Assembly: GCA_020697715.1 (NCBI GenBank)
Contig: JAEHCO010000003.1
Coordinates: 184,020-248,019, forward strand
Reading direction: 5' to 3'
Source of the DNA: Methanobacteriota archaeon
GTDB lineage: Archaea > Thermoplasmatota > Thermoplasmata > SG8-5 > JAGLSY01
DNA: 64,000 nt
A program made the position numbers and the translations under genes. Shown here one piece after another: positions 57,430 through 64,000 of the stretch; position 1 is the first letter of the stretch; the number at the start of each line of letters is the position of its first letter. The notes beneath the pieces were generated by a model that saw nothing but the letters and a program-made list of their open reading frames with translations, did no database searches and was not told where the DNA came from.

Positions 57430-57806
57430 ATCTTTGCCTCCTTTTTAAGTGCATACATAAGTCCAAGTGACAGGATGCCGATGAAAATAAGAATGGATAT
57501 CGAGCTCTTGAGGTCCATGGCCTGGAATACGACCGCCCAGATCATCAGGAATACCACCACGATGTCGAATACGACAAAGATGATGGCGAACATGTAATAC
57601 TGGAAATGGAACTGTATCTTCGCCTCTCCTACTGGTATCGATCCACATTCATAAGTTGTATCCTTGATCTTTGTTAGTTTTGTTGGTCTGAAATATCTGT
57701 TCAGGAAGAACACTGCGGCTGGGAATATCAGGCCTACTATCGCGAACACGAACACTGGGAAGTAATCTTCTGACAGCATAGGAATCGAAAGTAGATATCC
57801 ATTCAT
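57420..57806 (-). CDS. nuoA: Complex I-like subunit A (NuoA/FpoA)
   Basis: TYECGS.P.G, FQYYMFAIIFVVFD; three TMs. Confidence 0.92.
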   Translation of the reverse strand: MNGYLLSIPMLSEDYFPVFVFAIVGLIFPAAVFFLNRYFRPTKLTKIKDTTYECGSIPVGEAKIQFHFQYYMFAIIFVVFDIVVVFLMIWAVVFQAMDLKSSISILIFIGILSLGLMYALKKEAKIWI

Positions 57807-57917
57807 GATATAAAGGTTACCTATTTGGTTAACTATATTATCTTATTAATGTGAGGCGTGTGTGATCACGCACAATCATACGGAATACTTATCAACTCGC
57901 TTTTACTTCCATCGCTT

Positions 57918-58736
57918 ATGAGATATCCTGCAGTTGCCGGGCAGTTCTATGCTGGAGATCCAGCGAGCCTGAAAAAACAGGTCCAGGAATGCTTTTCAAG
58001 CCCTATTGGTCCTGGAACTTTACCGCCCCTGAACCCTGATGGTCCACGTCAGATCAAAGGTATGATATCTCCTCATGCGGGCTTTGTATTCTCCGGCCCT
58101 GTGGCCGCTCATGGATTCAAGGCACTGGCCGAGGACGGATTCCCAGATGTCTTCATCATCATTGGCCCAAATCATACAGGGGTGGGAAATGGAGTGGCCA
58201 TCACTGATCAGGATTTTAAAACACCATTTGGTACGATGGAGGTCGATAAGGACCTTGTCAATAAGATCCAGAAGGGCATAATCGCCAGGGACATAGTATC
58301 TCACAGGCATGAGCATTCATTGGAAGTTCAACTTCCTTTCATAAAATACTTTGATGAAAATGTGAAGTTCGTACCCATTACCATGATGATACAGGATCAT
58401 CGCACTGCTGTCGAGGTCGGAAAGATCATAAGGGAAGCGATATCTGGCATCGACGCGGTGATTATCGCATCCAGTGACTTCAGCCATTATGTCTCACCAA
58501 AGGTCGCGGAGACCAAGGACGGCAAGGCCATTGAGAAGATCCTAGATCTTGACATCAAGGGCTTTTACACCACCATCATCAAGAATCGCATATCCGCGTG
58601 TGGCTATGGGCCGATAATGGCGATGATGGAAGCTGTCAATGGCTCCAAGGCCGAGCTCCTGAAATATTCCAATTCCGGAGATGTGACCCCCATGGCGGAG
58701 GTCGTTGGCTATGCGAGTGTTATTGTGAAAAAGTAA
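57918..58736 (+). CDS. amrB: MEMO1-family protein (AmmeMemoRadiSam system protein B)
   Basis: RYPAVAGQFY, PHAGFVFSG, GPNHTG, EHSLEVQLPF, ASSDFSHY, CGYGP, VVGYAS. Confidence 0.92.
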   Translation: MRYPAVAGQFYAGDPASLKKQVQECFSSPIGPGTLPPLNPDGPRQIKGMISPHAGFVFSGPVAAHGFKALAEDGFPDVFIIIGPNHTGVGNGVAITDQDFKTPFGTMEVDKDLVNKIQKGIIARDIVSHRHEHSLEVQLPFIKYFDENVKFVPITMMIQDHRTAVEVGKIIREAISGIDAVIIASSDFSHYVSPKVAETKDGKAIEKILDLDIKGFYTTIIKNRISACGYGPIMAMMEAVNGSKAELLKYSNSGDVTPMAEVVGYASVIVKK

Positions 58737-58753
58737 TAAGTAAAAATAAAGGT

Positions 58754-58795
58754 CGCGCCGTCAAATGCCTTAACGGCGCGTTTTCTGTGTTTCTA
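58754..58795. terminator. Hairpin between convergent genes
   Basis: CGCGCCGT-caaatgcctta-ACGGCGCG flanked by A-rich (left) and T-rich (right) sequence. Confidence 0.55.
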
Positions 58796-58816
58796 TCTTT
58801 CTATATTCCCATATCT

Positions 58817-60736
58817 CTAAGGCGTCAGATATACTGTCTGGATATCATCAAAGTCATCCAGACTTGTGGCTTTGAACACCCTGTGTGAGACCGTGTAAAG
58901 GACATCATCTATGTAGAACGCTCTGCCAGCCTGTTCGAAGCTCGAGTACATGTAATAATAATCATTATCCTGTACACTATCATCATCCAATTCATGTGGG
59001 ATCTTTGCCTCAAGGTTGATGCCGTCCTCTGGTGATATGTCGAATACATATGATCCGGCCCATGTCGTGTGTATTGTTCCATAGACATCGTCATAGCTGT
59101 ATTTGTAATCGTTCACATACATGGGTATCACCAGCATGTTCTTTTCCTTACTGAAAAGGAAAGCATGTGGGTCGTGCAATGCTTCTGAATCGGAATAGCT
59201 TCCTTCAATTATCATCTTGTCCAGCTCTATCGGATCGCTCACATTTGTTACATCGAACAATGATATCTTCACCTTTCTCCCTTCCTTTCCAAGACCTATG
59301 ATGTGGTTCTCATCATACGGATGTAGATAATCTGAATATCCTGGTATCTTTAGCTCTCCCAGGATCTCTGGGTTTGCTGGATCTGCTAAGTCGATCACGT
59401 AGAAAGGGTCTACTTGTCTGAAGGTCACCAGGTATAGCTTCTCTCCCATGAACCTGGCAGAGTAAATGCGCTCACCGGGAGCGATATTGTCCACGCTCCC
59501 TACCTTGTTCAGTTCCTCATCCAGCACGATGACCTGATTTTCGTTCATCCAGCCGGTTGAGGTGGCTATTCTGAAATGACCATCGAACTCATCCATGGAA
59601 TACCTGTTCAATGGTGTTCCGACAACCTCCCCACTGGCAGCATATGTGATGTCATTGTCACTAACAGCCAGTCTGTGGATGATGGTCTTTTCCTCGTATT
59701 CTCCACCATTGTCTCTCCATTGGTACATGCCCTGATAATATGGATGGGTGATGAAGATATTGTTCTTCGAGACATAGATATTATTGGACGAGCTCATCAT
59801 TATCGAGGCCACCCTGGATTCAGAATCTACATCATCGATATCCATGGTCATGAAGGATGTCACCTGCCTGGTTGGTTCCTCATCCTCGATATAATATGTC
59901 ATGTCCGCAGGTATTGGAAGTCTGTCCTCACTCTGCATACAGGCATATCCATTGATATTGGATATTAGATAAAGATGGCTGTCGATCATCCTGGAGGTCA
60001 GATAATTTCCCTTCAGGGTCTCGTTCTTCACCATCGTCATATTGGCCTTATTATCGGTATCCAGCACCTGTACGCTGATGACTGGCCTATTGGAATATTG
60101 ATAATTTGATTGATAGAGGCCTTCTTCAAAATAATAGCTCTGACCGATTATGACCAGCTTATCTCCAGTTAGGTAGATATCTGAAATATAGGAGGTGGAT
60201 CTGATAGTTGATAATATTCTGGTATCCTCTGCTGGATTGACATCCAGAACCATTATGGAGGTTCTGTCACTGGACACGATGTAGGCATATTCTCCATCGT
60301 TCTTCACCCTGTCACCTTCATCGACACCCATGACCTGATTGTTCGTGGATGAATAACTGCCCCCACTATCGGCAGATGCCCCATCACTCACTCCAATGGA
60401 TGTATTTGGAGAGCTAGCACTTTCCTCGAACATTATCATGTCATCCATAACGTTCCTGTCCCAGTAGTATTGATCATAATTGTCAGTTTCTTCCACATCC
60501 AGATAATCCACGATCTCCTGGTATGAATCAAATTTCTTTATTCCTGAGGAAGCATCATCGTCCCCATCGATATTTGAAAATATTATTGGCTCATGGTCAT
60601 TATCTATCTGTCCGACTGAAGGGAGTGTTATGTCAGTTGGGTCATCGAAGGACATCTGGCTGAACCCCATCAATGTCACTCCGCTCATTATCACGCTCAC
60701 TACTAATATCACTCCTAATGTATCTCTATCCATCAT
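58817..60736 (-). CDS. Secreted beta-propeller domain protein (Beta_propel / COG4880-like)
   Basis: YSSTNNQVMGVDEGDRVKNDGEY, SMDEFDGHFRIAT, GERIYSARF, TFRQVDPF, GELKIPGYSDYLHP. Confidence 0.88.
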   Translation of the reverse strand: MMDRDTLGVILVVSVIMSGVTLMGFSQMSFDDPTDITLPSVGQIDNDHEPIIFSNIDGDDDASSGIKKFDSYQEIVDYLDVEETDNYDQYYWDRNVMDDMIMFEESASSPNTSIGVSDGASADSGGSYSSTNNQVMGVDEGDRVKNDGEYAYIVSSDRTSIMVLDVNPAEDTRILSTIRSTSYISDIYLTGDKLVIIGQSYYFEEGLYQSNYQYSNRPVISVQVLDTDNKANMTMVKNETLKGNYLTSRMIDSHLYLISNINGYACMQSEDRLPIPADMTYYIEDEEPTRQVTSFMTMDIDDVDSESRVASIMMSSSNNIYVSKNNIFITHPYYQGMYQWRDNGGEYEEKTIIHRLAVSDNDITYAASGEVVGTPLNRYSMDEFDGHFRIATSTGWMNENQVIVLDEELNKVGSVDNIAPGERIYSARFMGEKLYLVTFRQVDPFYVIDLADPANPEILGELKIPGYSDYLHPYDENHIIGLGKEGRKVKISLFDVTNVSDPIELDKMIIEGSYSDSEALHDPHAFLFSKEKNMLVIPMYVNDYKYSYDDVYGTIHTTWAGSYVFDISPEDGINLEAKIPHELDDDSVQDNDYYYMYSSFEQAGRAFYIDDVLYTVSHRVFKATSLDDFDDIQTVYLTP

Positions 60737-60890
60737 CTGAAATCCTCCATTTTGATTCTCGTATTTCGTTCGAGTTTTTGGTTATTTTATTATTTTCATT
60801 CATCATCTTATCAATAACTTCATTGGAGCTCTATATTAAAGGTATTATTGGCGCAATCGTCCATTCGTTAGTGTGTTCGTGCAATCGTCA

Positions 60891-62414
60891 TCAATTTGTT
60901 GCCTTGAATGAATATATCTGGGAACTTGTGCCTATCACGACCTCTCCATCTCCTGGATGTCCTATAGTTCCATCTGGAAAGTCATCGTAGATCACTGGTT
61001 GTCCATAGATCACACCATCGAGTTTGATAGAATACTTGAAGGTGAAAGTAGTATCGAGGCAAAACACTCTGGAATGATCATCTGATGGATCATCGGTCAA
61101 GCAATCGTAATTGGCTGTTATGAATAAAAGTCTTGAATACATAATATCATAGACTGGAGTTGCCTGGATCTTCCCATATGTATTGAAGGAATTTATGATC
61201 GTACCTTCATCATCGAACATATAGAACCAGCCGGATTCCGAGCCGATATACCCCTCTTCGCCATCTGGGCGGATATGAGGAGTGGTTAATTTCTTAGCCT
61301 CATTTTCACGATCTGAATTGACTGGGCGAATTCCACTTTCCCAATTGGTATTGGGCTTGCAGTCATGCATCGTGAGGCAGTGTATGACCCCATTGTCTCC
61401 AGCCGCATATACCAGATCGACCGTGGCCACGGGATCCGTGGTCCATTCATCTATCCCGAGATCATATTCATTTCCTATTTGGCTTCCATCTGCAATAACG
61501 AAACCATATAACTTCCCCGCTCTGGTGCCCACATACACATATTTCCCATCTGATGAAATGGATGGCCTGCTCAGTTCCGCATTCGGTATGGATATGGTCT
61601 TTGTGATATTGAATTCACCATCTATGATGTATAATGAACCTGAATCGGTAGTTGCAATGAATATATCTTCACTACTTAGTATATTATTTTGATCTTCATA
61701 GATATCGACACCGACAACGGAACCATCCAGAATGAAACTCTGTATGTCGTCATCTAAAGGAACATAACTGGAGTACAATCCATCCTCAATGATGTACAAG
61801 TCACCACCATCTGTTCCAAATAGCAATCGGAAATCCATGTTTAATGGATCTCTCTTGCTCCCGAAGTTCATTCCCTCGATATTGCTAGTGATCTCAGAGT
61901 CTGTCTCGAATGCGCCTGACCAGCTTGTCCATTCTTTACTACCATCGGCGGTTGATTTTGCATAAAGTCCATAAGGCGATAAGACACTATCCGGATCGCC
62001 AATAGGCAGACCACCAGCATAATAGAACCTGTCTGCTTGTTTGGAATTCATATTGGGTATGATCCTATATGCCATCGACTCGGATACTGGTCCATTCGAG
62101 GTCAGGTTTACATAAAAGTTTGGAGAATCCATCCATTTGTGTACCATGATATCTTCATTATCACCGATATCATCATCATCCCAATCCTCCCATTCGGTAT
62201 CATCTTCAGGGAAATCATCATAGATGTCTATGAACCCGTCACCATCCGTATCAATGGTATCATCGGGTTCTGGATCGTCTGTAGTTCCATCCCAATTATC
62301 AACATTTTCTATCAAATAATAAGTAACACCCAGGGTGATGACGATAACTAAAATAATTATCACAACACCAATTATCAATTCCTTCTTTTCCATGATACCC
62401 TTCCCTCTGGTCAC
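60891..62414 (-). CDS. Membrane-anchored PQQ-type beta-propeller protein with DTDGDG repeat
   Basis: N-terminal TM, DTDGDGFID..DDFP.D.TEW, YVGTRAGKLY / YIGSESGWFY blades. Confidence 0.7.
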   Translation of the reverse strand: MTRGKGIMEKKELIIGVVIIILVIVITLGVTYYLIENVDNWDGTTDDPEPDDTIDTDGDGFIDIYDDFPEDDTEWEDWDDDDIGDNEDIMVHKWMDSPNFYVNLTSNGPVSESMAYRIIPNMNSKQADRFYYAGGLPIGDPDSVLSPYGLYAKSTADGSKEWTSWSGAFETDSEITSNIEGMNFGSKRDPLNMDFRLLFGTDGGDLYIIEDGLYSSYVPLDDDIQSFILDGSVVGVDIYEDQNNILSSEDIFIATTDSGSLYIIDGEFNITKTISIPNAELSRPSISSDGKYVYVGTRAGKLYGFVIADGSQIGNEYDLGIDEWTTDPVATVDLVYAAGDNGVIHCLTMHDCKPNTNWESGIRPVNSDRENEAKKLTTPHIRPDGEEGYIGSESGWFYMFDDEGTIINSFNTYGKIQATPVYDIMYSRLLFITANYDCLTDDPSDDHSRVFCLDTTFTFKYSIKLDGVIYGQPVIYDDFPDGTIGHPGDGEVVIGTSSQIYSFKATN

Positions 62415-62512
62415 ATAATACGAATTGATGATTAAATAACTTTGTTAGTTCGATATCTTCGATCTAATGTGTGAACCAAAGATTCATAATTGTCGATCAC
62501 CATCACAAGCCC

Positions 62513-63082
62513 ATGAAGAACAGATGTTCATGGGCGAACACTCCCGAGATCTATGTTGAATATCATGACACGGAATGGGGCGTGCCATTGAGGGATGATG
62601 ATAAGCTCTTCGAGTTCCTGGTACTCGAAGGTATGCAGGCTGGCCTCAGCTGGCTGATGGTCCTTAATAAACGAGAGAATTTCCGCAAGGCATTTGACGG
62701 ATTTGACCCGAGAAAGGTGGCTTCTTACGACCAAAAGAAGATTGATGAACTGCTGCTAGATGCGGGCATAATCCGGAACAAGCTGAAGGTGAATGCGGCC
62801 GTGACCAATGCCCAGGCCTTCCTCAGGATCCAGAAGGAGTTTAGCTCCTTCTGTGATTATATGTGGAAATTTGTGGACGGCCAGCCAATAATAAATAAGT
62901 GGAAAGAGTTAAGTGAAATTCCTGCCAAGACGGAGCTAGCCGAAGTGATCAGCAAAGACTTGAAAAAAAGAGGATTCAAGTTCGTCGGGCCTACTGTGGT
63001 GTATTCGCATATGCAGGCCACTGGTATGGTGAATGACCATCTTGTTGATTGTTTTAGATGGAAGGAAGTCCAAGAATTGTAA
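62513..63082 (+). CDS. tag: DNA-3-methyladenine glycosylase I
   Basis: RCSWA, YHDTEWG, LEGMQAGLSW, IIRNKLK, GFKFVGPT, GMVNDHLVDC. Confidence 0.95.
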   Translation: MKNRCSWANTPEIYVEYHDTEWGVPLRDDDKLFEFLVLEGMQAGLSWLMVLNKRENFRKAFDGFDPRKVASYDQKKIDELLLDAGIIRNKLKVNAAVTNAQAFLRIQKEFSSFCDYMWKFVDGQPIINKWKELSEIPAKTELAEVISKDLKKRGFKFVGPTVVYSHMQATGMVNDHLVDCFRWKEVQEL

Positions 63083-63260
63083 ATAAAATATGGGTCAGGG
63101 CCAATAATAGCGGATTACAATGTTATAATGTGCATTATAACCCACATCTAAATAACATTATATCATTTGCATTGGCCAATTTTATATAACATCATCATCA
63201 TTGGAATATTGATATCTAATTAATACTCTGATCATATCTGATTATCGGGAGGAACTATAT

Positions 63261-64000
63261 ATGATAATATTAGCTAAATTATATCCGAAGTACGGGATCA
63301 ATAGATTATGGAATGAGCTTGCATCTGAACGAAAGAACCTTTATCTTGAAGGTGTGAAGCCCATAACTGCTTTTACAGTGGAAGGCAAAGGGTGTGTGTG
63401 CATGATGCTGGATATAAGTTCCCTTAATGCATTTCAGGATAAATTCCTCAATGAGATGAATAAAGTGGTCTCACTCAGGAAGACCGAGACAGTTCCACTT
63501 ATGTCACCTCTCTTCTTCCCTGTAAGAGAGGGGGTTGATTATACACTTCATCGATATATTGCCAGCCTGGAAGTCGCACCCGAGAAATATGATGAGGTTT
63601 ACAATAAGATCCTTGATACGAAGTTCACCAATGATACGTATGCTCGTTGGATGTCCTATTCTCTTGGAAAGGAGGACATCATCCTGTTCATGTTCTCTGA
63701 TGATCGTGAATCCACAAATGAGTTCATCAATAAGAACATAGAATCCATAGGCGGTGTCAAGACCATTGAGATCGAGAGGATATTCGACTTCATGCCCATG
63801 TTGTCCACCGAGGCCTTCAGAGAATTGAAGGCTCCTTTCATGTATTCCCATCCTCCTGGCCATAATGGGAAACTTTTGGAACCAGAACTATATCAGAGAT
63901 ACACGGAAGAGAATGGCCAAATGATATCCATTGTCAGGATGATGCCCAAAGGTTCCTTGAAAAAACTTTGGAATGAGATTGACAATGCGGAGGTCTTGAG
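63261..64000 (+). CDS. Hypothetical protein, partial (runs off window), internally repeated, possibly Lrp/AsnC ligand-domain-like
   Basis: Open frame from ATG 63261 (after GGGAGG) to the window end; MIILAKLYPKYGINRLWNEL recurs as MISIVRMMPKGSLKKLWNEI. Confidence 0.7.
   Translation, partial: MIILAKLYPKYGINRLWNELASERKNLYLEGVKPITAFTVEGKGCVCMMLDISSLNAFQDKFLNEMNKVVSLRKTETVPLMSPLFFPVREGVDYTLHRYIASLEVAPEKYDEVYNKILDTKFTNDTYARWMSYSLGKEDIILFMFSDDRESTNEFINKNIESIGGVKTIEIERIFDFMPMLSTEAFRELKAPFMYSHPPGHNGKLLEPELYQRYTEENGQMISIVRMMPKGSLKKLWNEIDNAEVL

Overview
Archaeal DNA, inferred from the archaeal-type FpoABCD/N subunits, geranylgeranyl reductases, the MEMO1-family gene, TATA-type promoters and the CxxxY-type CcmE; an uncultured Thermoplasmatota-like anaerobe is my unverified guess. 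Most of the window is a ~54-kb redox block lying between two separated halves of a complex I-like (Nuo/Fpo) operon. It holds: hdrCBA-flxDCBA with a giant NADPH-domain, double-HdrA subunit; a ccmABCDE+ccmF cytochrome c maturation set; two membrane multiheme-c/cytochrome-b pairs (one NapC/NrfH-like, one like a split Geobacter CbcL); a GlcD-like and an HdrD/GlcF-like oxidoreductase; a LipS1/LipS2 lipoate-assembly set with two GcvH-like carriers but no glycine-cleavage P/T genes in view; and menaquinone-related genes. The most striking part is a candidate cytochrome nanowire locus. A small secreted tetraheme cytochrome sits next to a signal peptidase, and a ~2590-aa cytochrome begins with two copies of the same tetraheme module. 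That giant protein also contains an apparently nested (Russian-doll) stack of split beta-sandwich domains and about 35 heme motifs, plus two reversed CH-x5-C motifs. No rRNA, tRNA, CRISPR array or intact transposase was seen. All family assignments come from motif reading by eye, not from database searches.
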